A stretch of DNA of 64,000 bases from Acidobacteriota bacterium (GTDB taxonomy: Bacteria > Acidobacteriota > Thermoanaerobaculia > Gp7-AA8), in the NCBI GenBank assembly GCA_019244185.1, contig JAFATB010000019.1:282574-346573 (forward strand), given 5' to 3'. Under the pieces are notes generated by a model. That model was not told the DNA's origin. It made no database searches and saw only the letters and a list, made by a program, of their open reading frames with translations. Position numbers and translations under genes: made by a program. Numbering within the stretch: position 1 is the first letter of the stretch; each line of letters begins with the position of its first letter. Shown in pieces: positions 28,286 through 37,428 of the stretch.

Positions 28286-30077
28286 GGATCGTTCTCACGC
28301 GGGCGTCGGCGCGGTTCACCTTCACCTCGATCGTGCGGTACGCCTGATCCTTCTTCGAGCTCTCGGCGAGATAGCTGAGGAGATACTGCGAGCGGAGCTC
28401 CTTCTCGAGCTGCTTGTACGTCTCGCCGAGCTGGTTCACGTTGCGGATGAAGTACGCGACGCCGCCGGTCTCCGCGGCGAGACTCTTCATCGGGCCGCCG
28501 CCGAGGGAGAGGCCGATGCCGACGAAATAGAGCGGCACGCGTGCGGCGCGGGCGTAGGCGAGCATGTCGTTGTATGCGATGCGCGAGGTCGTGTCCTCGC
28601 CGTCGGTGATGACGACGAGCGCCTTGCGTCCCTGAATGTTGCGGAAGCGATAGAGCCCGGTGACGATCGCGTCGTAGAGCGCGGTGCCGCCGCCCGCTTT
28701 CGGGATCGCGTTGACCTGCGACTCGAGCGAGCTCACGTCGGAGACGAACGGCGCGTTCCTGGTCGGATCGCTCGCGAACGCGGCGATGAACGCGCGGTCG
28801 GTCGGCTTGATGATGTCGCGGAAGAACTCGACCGCGGCCGCTTTCGCCGCATCCATGCGCGGCTCCATGCTGCCGGAGTGATCGAGCAGCACGCCGACGG
28901 TGAGCGGCAGGTTCGACGCGAAATTGAAATCGGAGAGCGTCTGCGGCTTGCCGTTCTCGTTGACCGTGAAGTCGCTCCGCGTGAGGTTCGCGATCGGATT
29001 GCCGGACGCGTCGCTGACGGACACCGGCAGCTCGACGAGGTTCACCTCGACTTCTTCCATGAGGCGATCGCCGTTGAGGAACAGCAAGTCGCTGGCCTCG
29101 TAGCCGCTGTCGTCGATGACCGACGCGCGCACGAATTCCTCGCCGCCGAGGCGCGCGGTGGGAAGGTCGAGCGCGTACGGCGGATGCGCCCACTCGTAGA
29201 TCTTCTTCTGTCCCGCGAAGAGCGCCGCGCTCTTGATGCCGGCGCCGCGCGGGTTCTGCAACGACAGCTTGAAGTGCGACACGCCATCGGGGGTTTGCGT
29301 GCGCGTGATCTTCACCTCGAGCTGCGCGTCTCGCTCGCTGACGACGAACGCGTCGGCGTCGACGTAGCGTCCCGCGGCGTCGAAGCCGACGGCGCGCACT
29401 TCGACGCGCTTCGGCAGCTTGCCGAGGTCGAGCTCCGCGTCGTACGGCGGCGCGTTGCGCGCGAGGATCTTCTTGCCTTCGACCCAGAACTCCACGCGTT
29501 TGACGGGCGCCTGCACGTCGACGCTAACGATGAAGAGGTTCGGCGCGACGTCGCGGCGCGGCGCGCGGATCTTCACGGCGCCGACGGTCTCGGGAACGAG
29601 CCCTTCGGCGATGACCGCGTCCGCGGCGGCATTCGTGCCGGCCACGTAGGGTTTGTTCGTCTTCGCGATCGTGAACGTCTCGGTCGTCTTCGCGATCAGC
29701 ACGGGCGGCGTGTCTTCGTCGACCGGCAGCAGCAGCCGCGCCTCGACTTCGGCGGTGCCGGGCATGAACGTCTGGATCCCCGAGAACTCGGTCTGATCTT
29801 GCGGGAGGGGATAGCGGAAGTTGCGGATCACCTGGCCGTTCTGGAGGATCGACCCCTGGAGCACGAGCTGCGCTTCGGGCGCGGCTTCGACCGGCGTCGC
29901 GAAACGGAAGCCGATGCGCGCGACGACGCCGGTGTCGTTGTCGCCGAGCGGCTCGAGCGTGATGGTGAGCGGCTTCGGCGCGGCCGCGGCGTCGGGGGCG
30001 GCCGGTTGCGCGGGCGCTTCCTGTCCGAGGGCGACGGTCGAAAGCGCGAGCAGCAGCGCGGCGAGCGTTTTCATCAT
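28269..30077 (-). CDS. Secreted VWA domain protein (acidobacterial VWFA-related) with Ig-like domains
   Basis: Signal peptide; MIDAS DHSGS, TALYDA, ITDGED; LAAETGG; QYLLSY. Confidence 0.85.
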   Translation of the reverse strand: MMKTLAALLLALSTVALGQEAPAQPAAPDAAAAPKPLTITLEPLGDNDTGVVARIGFRFATPVEAAPEAQLVLQGSILQNGQVIRNFRYPLPQDQTEFSGIQTFMPGTAEVEARLLLPVDEDTPPVLIAKTTETFTIAKTNKPYVAGTNAAADAVIAEGLVPETVGAVKIRAPRRDVAPNLFIVSVDVQAPVKRVEFWVEGKKILARNAPPYDAELDLGKLPKRVEVRAVGFDAAGRYVDADAFVVSERDAQLEVKITRTQTPDGVSHFKLSLQNPRGAGIKSAALFAGQKKIYEWAHPPYALDLPTARLGGEEFVRASVIDDSGYEASDLLFLNGDRLMEEVEVNLVELPVSVSDASGNPIANLTRSDFTVNENGKPQTLSDFNFASNLPLTVGVLLDHSGSMEPRMDAAKAAAVEFFRDIIKPTDRAFIAAFASDPTRNAPFVSDVSSLESQVNAIPKAGGGTALYDAIVTGLYRFRNIQGRKALVVITDGEDTTSRIAYNDMLAYARAARVPLYFVGIGLSLGGGPMKSLAAETGGVAYFIRNVNQLGETYKQLEKELRSQYLLSYLAESSKKDQAYRTIEVKVNRADARVRTIHGYIP

Positions 30078-30138
30078 GGCGAACAACGAGGATACGCCCC
30101 GCTCCCATCCGCCCGTCTGTTGCAAAACGCGAAATGCG

Positions 30139-30636
30139 TCAGGCCGGCCACGGCGGCGCGGGCCGCCGATACCAGAGCCACGCGATGTAGTCGACGAGCG
30201 GCGGCTCGCCGCCGATCTCGCGCAGACGCGTGTTCACCTGGCCGCGGTGATAGATGCTGTGCATCGCCACCTGCATCAGCGTCTCGTCGAGCGAGACCTC
30301 GGCCGGTGAGTCGATCAAGCGCGCGGCCCACGGAAGAGAAACGCTGCGGGCGAGCGCGGCATCGTCAATGCTCCCGACGAACGCGTGCAGCTCCGCGTAG
30401 AACGCGCGCGCCCATGCTTCGAGCTCGGTGAGGTTGCGTTCGGCGAAGAGGTCCTTGCGATCGAGCGGACGCTCGAGCCAGATCGTGAGGAACGACCACT
30501 GCACGGAATGAATGTGGCGCAGACGGTCGAGCAATTTGTCGTCGCCGCCGCCGTGTGCGCGCACGGCGTTCCACACCGTGGCGTCCGCCCACTCCATGTG
30601 CGTGAGGAGATCGCGAAGGCTGCCGAGCGCATGCAT
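30139..30636 (-). CDS. DinB family protein
   Basis: HMEWAD, HIHSV, HSIYHRGQV; TACACT 6 nt upstream of ATG. Confidence 0.85.
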   Translation of the reverse strand: MHALGSLRDLLTHMEWADATVWNAVRAHGGGDDKLLDRLRHIHSVQWSFLTIWLERPLDRKDLFAERNLTELEAWARAFYAELHAFVGSIDDAALARSVSLPWAARLIDSPAEVSLDETLMQVAMHSIYHRGQVNTRLREIGGEPPLVDYIAWLWYRRPAPPWPA

Positions 30637-30672
30637 GCACGCAGTGTAATCGGCCTTAGAATCGTCGGCTTC

Positions 30673-31335
30673 ATGGCAACGCTTCGGTATCACGCGGTGC
30701 TGTTCGATCTCGACGGAACGCTCGTCGACTCGTACGCCGCGCTTACCGAGGCGGTGAACCACGCGCGGAAAACGCACGGGATGGGGGAGCTGGGAGAGAC
30801 GCGCATCCGCGAGCTCGTCGGCGACGGCATCGAGCGGTTGCTGCAGCGCGCGTTCGAGCGCACCGACGTTCCGGGCAGCGTGCGCACCGCGTTCGAGTCG
30901 CGTTACGACGAGGTGTGCTGCGCGGAATCGCGCGTGCTCGCGGACGTCGAAGTCACGCTGGCGAAGCTGCACGAGCTGCGCGTGGCGATGGCGGTGTGCA
31001 CGAACAAACCGACCGTTTTCTCGAAGAAAATTCTCGATTTTCTCGGGTTGTCGCGTTTCTTCCACGCCATCGTCGGACCCGATCTCGCGGGCGCGCGCAA
31101 GCCGGACGCGCAGCATCTTTTGTACACGCTGCAGTCGGTCGCGCGCGCACCGCACGAGGCGCTGTTCGTCGGCGACATGCCGATCGACGTGCGCGCGGCG
31201 CGCAACAGCGGCATCGACGTCGCGGTCGTGCCGACCGGCTCGTCGTCGCGCGAGCAGCTCGTCGACGCCCAGCCCGATCACTTCCTCGAGCGCTTCGGCG
31301 ATTTGCTGAAGATCGTGCGTCGCGAGGCGGCGTGA
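30673..31335 (+). CDS. HAD-IA hydrolase, phosphoglycolate phosphatase-like
   Basis: FDLDGTLVDS, CTNKP, KPD, VGDMPID. Confidence 0.88.
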   Translation: MATLRYHAVLFDLDGTLVDSYAALTEAVNHARKTHGMGELGETRIRELVGDGIERLLQRAFERTDVPGSVRTAFESRYDEVCCAESRVLADVEVTLAKLHELRVAMAVCTNKPTVFSKKILDFLGLSRFFHAIVGPDLAGARKPDAQHLLYTLQSVARAPHEALFVGDMPIDVRAARNSGIDVAVVPTGSSSREQLVDAQPDHFLERFGDLLKIVRREAA

Positions 31336-31982
31336 GCGCGAAGTTCCGCTTCGTCTTCTTCGACGTCGACTCCACACTGGTCAAGATCGAAGGCATCGAC
31401 GTGCTCGCGAACGGCAACGCCGAGATCGTGCAGCTCACCGAAGCCGCGATGAACGGCGAGGTGCCGCTCGATGAGGTGTACGCGCGGCGCCTCGCGATCA
31501 TCAGGCCATCCCGTGCGGACGTCGAAGCCCTCGGCGCGCGCTATGTCGCCTCGCTCGTCGACGGCGCGGAAGAAACGATCGCGACGCTGCAGTCGCTCGG
31601 CGTGCAGGTCCAGCTCGTCACGGCCGGAATCGCGCAGGCGATCGCGCCGCTCGCGGAACATCTGCGGATTCCGGCGCGCGCGGTGCACGCCGTGTCGCTC
31701 GTGTTCGACGACGACGGCGCATACCGCGACTTCGACCGCGCCTCTCCGCTCGCGCGCAACGGCGGCAAGGAGCTCGTGGTGCGCAACCTGCTCGCGCGCG
31801 CGAAAGGCAAGGCCGCGTTCGTCGGCGACGGCGTCAGCGATCTCGAGACGAAGCCCGTCGTCGACCTCTTCGTCGGCTTCGGAGGAGTTCACACGCGGGC
31901 GCGCGTGGAAGAGAATGCGGAGGCGTACGTGCGCGAGAAGGATCTGCGCGCGGTGCTCGCATACCTGATCGATCATGACTGA
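31332..31982 (+). CDS. serB: Phosphoserine phosphatase (HAD-IB)
   Basis: FDVDSTL, TEAAMNG, VGDGVSD; operon with serA. Confidence 0.82.
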   Translation: MSAKFRFVFFDVDSTLVKIEGIDVLANGNAEIVQLTEAAMNGEVPLDEVYARRLAIIRPSRADVEALGARYVASLVDGAEETIATLQSLGVQVQLVTAGIAQAIAPLAEHLRIPARAVHAVSLVFDDDGAYRDFDRASPLARNGGKELVVRNLLARAKGKAAFVGDGVSDLETKPVVDLFVGFGGVHTRARVEENAEAYVREKDLRAVLAYLIDHD

Positions 31983-33054
31983 GCCAGCGAACTTCTTCGT
32001 CCCCGGTCCCACGTGGGTGCGTCCCGAGATCCTGCAGGAGCTGGCGCGGCCGATGATCGGCCACCGCAGCCCGGAGTTCCGCGATCTCTTCCACGCCATC
32101 AACATGCATCTGAAGACGCTGTTCGCGACGCGGCAGAGCACGTTCGTGGTGACGTCGTCCGGCACGGGCGTGATGCAGGCGGCGCTCGAGAACTGCGTCG
32201 CGCGGCGCGTGCTCGTCACGACCTGCGGCGCGTTCAGCGAGCGCTGGTACGCGATCGCGGAGTCGCTCGGCCTCGAAGTCGATCGCCTCGACGCCGGCTG
32301 GGGCCGCGCGGTCGATCCCGACGATCTCGCCGACCATCTCGCGCGCCACAGCCGCGCGCACTACGACGCGGTGACGATCACGCACAACGAAACGTCGACC
32401 GGCGTCACGAACGACGTCGCCGCGCTCGCCGCCGTCGTGCGCGAGGAAGCGCCCGACGCGCTCGTCCTCGTCGACGCAGTCTCCTCACTCGGCGGCATCC
32501 CGATGGCCTTCGACGACTGGCGCCTCGACGTCTGCCTCGCCAGCGCGCAGAAAGCGATCGCGCTGCCGCCGGGCATCACCGTCGTGGCGATGTCCGACGC
32601 CGCGATCGAGCGCGCGAAGAAGCATCCGTATCGCGGCACGTACTTCGATCTCGTCACATACAAGCAGAAAGCCGACGACGACGGCGTGCCCTCGACGCCG
32701 TCGATTCCGCACTTTTACGCGCTGGCCGCGCAGCTCGACCACATCATCAACGTCGAAGGACTCGAGGCGCGCTACGAGCGGCACCGGCGCATGCGAGAGA
32801 TCACGCACGCGCGAACGGGGCGCTACGCGAAGCTCGCCGCCGATCCCGCGCATGCATCGGCGACCGTCAGCGCATTGACGCCGTCGATGGCGCCCGACGC
32901 GATCCGCAAGGCGATGAAGCAGCGCGGCTACACGCTCGGCGGCGGTTACGGCGAGTGGAAGGACACGACGTTTCGCATCGGCCACATGGGCGACATTCCG
33001 ATCGCGGACCTCGAGGCGATGCTCGACGCGCTCGACGAGGTGACCCGCGCATGA
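31975..33054 (+). CDS. Class V PLP aminotransferase (AGXT/serine-pyruvate type), probable phosphoserine aminotransferase by context
   Basis: PGPT, SSGTG, HNETSTG, DAVSS, SAQK (PLP Lys), FRIGHMG. Confidence 0.88.
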   Translation: MTEPANFFVPGPTWVRPEILQELARPMIGHRSPEFRDLFHAINMHLKTLFATRQSTFVVTSSGTGVMQAALENCVARRVLVTTCGAFSERWYAIAESLGLEVDRLDAGWGRAVDPDDLADHLARHSRAHYDAVTITHNETSTGVTNDVAALAAVVREEAPDALVLVDAVSSLGGIPMAFDDWRLDVCLASAQKAIALPPGITVVAMSDAAIERAKKHPYRGTYFDLVTYKQKADDDGVPSTPSIPHFYALAAQLDHIINVEGLEARYERHRRMREITHARTGRYAKLAADPAHASATVSALTPSMAPDAIRKAMKQRGYTLGGGYGEWKDTTFRIGHMGDIPIADLEAMLDALDEVTRA

Positions 33055-34643
33055 CGGCCGCCAAACAGCGCGTGCTCGTCACTGACACGCTCGCGGAGTC
33101 GGGGCTCGAGATCCTCCGCGCCGCGGATGACATCGAGCTCGATTACCGCGCCGGACTCAAAGGCGACGAGCTGCTCGAGGCGGTCCGGCAATCCGATGCG
33201 CTCATCACGCGCAGCGGCACCGCGGTGACCGAGGAGCTCGTGAACGCGGGGACGCGACTGCGCATCGTCGGACGCGCCGGTGTCGGTCTCGACAACGTCG
33301 ACGTCGACGCCTGCACGCGCCGCGGCGTCCTCGTGATCAACGCGCCGACGGCGAACATCATGTCCGCCACGGAGCACACGATGGCCATGCTGCTGTCGTT
33401 GTGCCGCAACATCCCCGAGGCGCATGCGAGCGTGAAACGCGGCGAGTGGACACGCTCGAAGTTCATGGGCATCGAGCTCGATGGCAAGACCCTCGGCGTC
33501 ATCGGACTGGGGCGCATCGGCTCGCGCGTCACGACACGTGCGCGCGCGTTCGGCATGCGCGTCATCGCGTACGACCCGTACATCAACGACTCCGCATTTC
33601 AGAACGCCGGCGCCGCGAAAGTCACACTCGATCAGCTGCTCGCGCAGGCGGACGTCATCACCGTGCACACGCCGATGACCGACGAGACGCGCGCGCTCAT
33701 CGGCGCGGACGAGATCGCGAAGATGAAGGACGGCGTGGTCGTCCTCAACATCGCGCGCGGCGGCATCTACGACGAGCGCGCGCTGGCCGACGCGCTCAAC
33801 TCCGGCAAGATCGCCGGCACGGCGATCGACGTGTACGAGGACGAGCCGCCGGGCAAAGAGCATCCGCTGCTCAACGCGAAGAACGCGATCCTGTCGCCGC
33901 ACATCGGCGCGAACACGATCGAGGCGCAGGACCGCGTCGCCGTGCAAACGTCCGAGATGGTGCTCGAGGCGCTGCGCGGCTCGATCTTCGTCTCCGCGGT
34001 AAACCTGCCGTTCGAAGGCACCGCCGACGCCGACGCGGCGCCGCTCATCCGCCTCGCGGAGAAGCTCGGCCTCTTCGCCGCGCAGGTGCTCAACGGGCCG
34101 CTGCATCGCGCCGAAGTCGAGCTGTGGGGCGTCGAAGAGCGGCTGACGAAAATCCTCTCCGTCGCCTCCCTGAAGGGATTGCTCGCGCCGTTCCTCGCCG
34201 AGTCCGTGAACTTCGTCAACGCCGAACAGATCGCGCACGCGCGCGGCGTCGCCATCAGCTCGACGATCCATCCGTCGCCGCGCGACTACAGCAATCTCAT
34301 CACGCTGCGCGCGTCGTCCGCGACCGAGGAGATGTGCGTGTCCGGAACGGTCTTCCACGAGAAGAACCAGCGCATCGTGTCGATCAACAACTTCCGCGTG
34401 GAGTTCAAGCCGGAAGGGCACCTCATCTACATCATCAACCGCGACGTGCCCGGCGTCGTCGGCAAGGTCGGTACGCTCCTCGGCGACCGCGAGATCAACA
34501 TCGCCGAGTACAACCTCGCGCGCACCGGCAGCGGCGGCCGGGCCATGGCCATCATCACCGTCGACTCGCCCCTCGATCCCGAAACGCTCGGCTTTCTCCG
34601 CTCGTACCGCGAGATGATCGAGGTCAAGCAGGTAAAGTTGTAG
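33051..34643 (+). CDS. serA: D-3-phosphoglycerate dehydrogenase (long type with ACT domain)
   Basis: RAGVGLDNVD, GLGRIG, ARGG, PHIGA, C-terminal ACT (DVPGVVGKVG). Confidence 0.95.
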   Translation: MTAAKQRVLVTDTLAESGLEILRAADDIELDYRAGLKGDELLEAVRQSDALITRSGTAVTEELVNAGTRLRIVGRAGVGLDNVDVDACTRRGVLVINAPTANIMSATEHTMAMLLSLCRNIPEAHASVKRGEWTRSKFMGIELDGKTLGVIGLGRIGSRVTTRARAFGMRVIAYDPYINDSAFQNAGAAKVTLDQLLAQADVITVHTPMTDETRALIGADEIAKMKDGVVVLNIARGGIYDERALADALNSGKIAGTAIDVYEDEPPGKEHPLLNAKNAILSPHIGANTIEAQDRVAVQTSEMVLEALRGSIFVSAVNLPFEGTADADAAPLIRLAEKLGLFAAQVLNGPLHRAEVELWGVEERLTKILSVASLKGLLAPFLAESVNFVNAEQIAHARGVAISSTIHPSPRDYSNLITLRASSATEEMCVSGTVFHEKNQRIVSINNFRVEFKPEGHLIYIINRDVPGVVGKVGTLLGDREINIAEYNLARTGSGGRAMAIITVDSPLDPETLGFLRSYREMIEVKQVKL

Positions 34644-34646
34644 CGC

Positions 34647-35633
34647 ATGCATTACCGCAAGCTCGGCAACACCGACATCACGGTCAGCGAGATCGGCTTC
34701 GGCGGCTGGGCCATCGGCGGCGCATCCGACGCCGGCGGCACGCCGATCGGCTGGGGACGCACGAGCGACGAGGAGTCGCTCGCCGCGATCCGCCGCGCGC
34801 GCGAGCTCGGCGTCACGTTCTTCGACACCGCCGACTCCTACGGCTTCGGCCGCAGCGAGTCGCTGCTCGGCATCGTGCTCTCGCGCCGGCGCAAGGAAGT
34901 GGTCATCGCGACGAAAGCCGGCGTCGCGCGCAGCTCCGACGGCCGCGTGCGCAAGGACTTCTCGCGCGAGCACATCTCGCACGCCGTCGACGGCTCGCTC
35001 AAACGCCTGCGGACCGACTACATCGATCTCTATCAACTGCACAATCCGACGCTCGACGAGCTGCGCCGCGACGACATCCACGAGGCGATGGACCGCCTGC
35101 AGGAAGCGGGAAAGATCCGCTACTGGGGCGTCTCCATCACGACGCCGGACGAAGGACTGGAGATCGTCCGACGCGGCTGGGGCTACGCGCTGCAGGTGCT
35201 CTACAACGTTCTCAATCAGGCGCCGGCGCAGGAGCTCTTTCCGCTGGCGAAGGAGAAAGGCTACGGCATCATCGCGCGCGTGCCGCTCGCGTCGGGCCTC
35301 CTCAGCGGCAAGTTCCGCCCCGACAGCACGTTTGCGAAAGACGACATCCGCCAGAACTTCCTCACGCCGAAACGCCTCGAGGAAGTGCTGCCGCGCGTCG
35401 ACGAAGCGAAGTCGCTCATCGGCGGCACCGCGCGTTCGCTGGCGGAAGGAGCGTTGCGCTTCATCCTCGCGAACGACGCCGTGTCGACGACGATCCCCGG
35501 CGCGCGCAACGTCCGCCAGGTCGAAATGAACGCGTCCGCCGATGAAGTGCGCATCCCGCAGGAGATCGTCGACAAGCTCCGCGCGCGCCTCGGCGACTAC
35601 AACTTCTATCAGCGGCACGGGATCAAGATTTAA
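34647..35633 (+). CDS. Aldo/keto reductase
   Basis: IGFGGW, FDTADSYG, IATK, DYIDLYQLH, GKIRYWGVS, PLASGLL. Confidence 0.93.
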   Translation: MHYRKLGNTDITVSEIGFGGWAIGGASDAGGTPIGWGRTSDEESLAAIRRARELGVTFFDTADSYGFGRSESLLGIVLSRRRKEVVIATKAGVARSSDGRVRKDFSREHISHAVDGSLKRLRTDYIDLYQLHNPTLDELRRDDIHEAMDRLQEAGKIRYWGVSITTPDEGLEIVRRGWGYALQVLYNVLNQAPAQELFPLAKEKGYGIIARVPLASGLLSGKFRPDSTFAKDDIRQNFLTPKRLEEVLPRVDEAKSLIGGTARSLAEGALRFILANDAVSTTIPGARNVRQVEMNASADEVRIPQEIVDKLRARLGDYNFYQRHGIKI

Positions 35634-35641
35634 GGAAGCCC

Positions 35642-35698
35642 TGCTACAATCGATCGACTCCCCAACGAGCGCACGTCGTCGTTTCTTCGCGGGGAGTC
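35642..35698 (+). promoter_or_regulatory. Extended -10 promoter plus structured 5' UTR pairing with the SD
   Basis: TGCTACAAT 35642-35650; GACTCCCC 35656-35663 complementary to GGGGAGTC 35691-35698. Confidence 0.6.
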
Positions 35699-36001
35699 AT
35701 GTCTGAACGCATCTATCACCGGATTCAGGGCCGTGAGCTCAACGAGCTCATGCAGCGCACTGGCAAGGTCGGCGGGCGACGCATGCGGAACATCGGCTCT
35801 GGCATCTTGCCGCGGGTAAAGGCCTACGACGGCCCATTGCCGCCGGAGTGCACGGGAATCGAGTTCACGACGGAGGTCGAGCCGTATTCCGGGTCGATTC
35901 CCGGGAAGCCGACATGGCGGCAGGGGGACGCAGGGGTTGAGGTCGCTGAGCTGAATGAACTGGTCCTGATCCCCGTTACCATCATCAGGAGGCAGGATTG
36001 A
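35699..36001 (+). CDS. Hypothetical 100-aa protein, toxin-domain-like
   Basis: Strong SD GGGGAG; IYHR, VKAYxGPLP, GIEFTT pattern recalled from polymorphic-toxin tips (unverified). Confidence 0.6.
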   Translation: MSERIYHRIQGRELNELMQRTGKVGGRRMRNIGSGILPRVKAYDGPLPPECTGIEFTTEVEPYSGSIPGKPTWRQGDAGVEVAELNELVLIPVTIIRRQD

Positions 36002-36003
36002 CG

Positions 36004-36471
36004 ATGCGTAATGCATCCCCCGACGCGCTTCGTTCCGACATTCGTCCGGCTCTGGTTGCCCATCTCGGTGCCGCCGAATTCGAGAACGTCTTTCGCGTCG
36101 ACTTTCAGGATCTCGACCCGTTCGACGCCGCGGAGCCATCACGTGCGGCTTTGGTGCGCCTCGACAGCGGAAAGCTCATCGTCGTCGAATATGGCCTCAG
36201 CACCTCGACGTTGACGGTATCGGTGCCGGAAGACGCCGACGTGAACGAGACGGTGTGCGACCTCCTGCAGGAAACAGGAATCGACACGGACACCATCGAC
36301 TGGCTGGTTGACGAGATCCTGCCCGAAGGTCCGTTCCTGTACGACAACAACAGTCCGTCGACGACGATGATGGAACTGCGGCGTCGTACCGGACAACGGC
36401 GCGGAGCGAGGGAGTCCGATCAGCGCTCTGCCTCGCAACAGATGCCGCTGACCACCAGCCGAAAACCGTAA
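36004..36471 (+). CDS. Acidic hypothetical protein, immunity/antitoxin-like by context
   Basis: SD AGGAGG, starts 2 nt after upstream stop (or TTG at 35998); Asp/Glu-rich alpha/beta core. Confidence 0.6.
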   Translation: MRNASPDALRSDIRPALVAHLGAAEFENVFRVDFQDLDPFDAAEPSRAALVRLDSGKLIVVEYGLSTSTLTVSVPEDADVNETVCDLLQETGIDTDTIDWLVDEILPEGPFLYDNNSPSTTMMELRRRTGQRRGARESDQRSASQQMPLTTSRKP

Positions 36472-36480
36472 CGAGAACGC

Positions 36481-37428
36481 ATGACCAGCGGGAGGGCGAG
36501 CGTCGGGCGCTCCATTCGGGAACGACGCACCCACTGCGCCCTCTCGCTTGGCGTTCTCGCCGATCGCGCCGGCATCTCCCCGCAGGAACTCTCCGCCATC
36601 GAGCATGACGCGCAGCGGCCGTCGGACGCGGCGCTGACGCGCATCGCGACCGAGCTGTCTCTCGACGTCGCGCGGATTCACACGATGCACGCCATGGCGG
36701 ACCGCGCGCGGGTGTTGCGAGGTGCACCGCCCGAGGATGCGGCGGCCGTGATCGATGACGTGTTGCGCACGCATCCCCGCGCGTTCGTCGCACGCGATCG
36801 ACAGGACATCGAGAAGCTCGCCGCGAAGGTTCGCCCGAACCTGCCTCTGACGAATGATCGCCTCTTCGCCTCCTCCCTGTTCGAACACTTGACGCAGCTC
36901 GCGGTAAGGGTCGGCAACGACGAATACGCGGTGGACACGGCGGTCCAGCCTCTCGCGAGAAGAGTCGAAGCGTGTACGCGCGTGGACGTTCGCCGGCGCG
37001 TCTTCCAGATCAACCTGAGTCCCGAGGCGTACCAGCAGATGCATCGGCGCGGCAGTCCGCGAATGCTGTTCACCATTTGCCACGAGCTCGGACATTTGTT
37101 CCTTCATCGGAGCGAGCTGATCGCGGCGGGAGGGCGCGGTGAGATACCGGAAGGTTCGCCGCCGCGGCATCTCGACGTGGAACGGCAGGCCGACGCATTT
37201 GCAGGCGCACTGATCGCGCCGATTGAAAGCGTGTTGGCGTTGCACGACCAGATGGGTCACATCTCCGCGGTCGATCTGTCGCGCGGTTTCGGCTACTCCG
37301 CGCGTGCGGCTGAAGTCCGCATCGAAACGATTCAGAGCCTGCGGCCGGGACGCCTGACGCTCTTCGATCCTCAGTGGCGCCTCTTCCCAAAACTTTCCGC
37401 CGCCGAGGACGTTCTAAAGCGTCGATGA
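36481..37428 (+). CDS. XRE-family HTH fused to ImmA/IrrE (M78) zinc metallopeptidase
   Basis: HTH SLGVLADRAGISPQELSAIE; RMLFTICHELGH (HExxH) and VERQADAFAGALIAP. Confidence 0.85.
   Translation: MTSGRASVGRSIRERRTHCALSLGVLADRAGISPQELSAIEHDAQRPSDAALTRIATELSLDVARIHTMHAMADRARVLRGAPPEDAAAVIDDVLRTHPRAFVARDRQDIEKLAAKVRPNLPLTNDRLFASSLFEHLTQLAVRVGNDEYAVDTAVQPLARRVEACTRVDVRRRVFQINLSPEAYQQMHRRGSPRMLFTICHELGHLFLHRSELIAAGGRGEIPEGSPPRHLDVERQADAFAGALIAPIESVLALHDQMGHISAVDLSRGFGYSARAAEVRIETIQSLRPGRLTLFDPQWRLFPKLSAAEDVLKRR

Noticed and set aside
35634-37428. Islet as a prophage or IS remnant
   Set aside because: No integrase, transposase, att repeats or target duplications visible, so not called a mobile element
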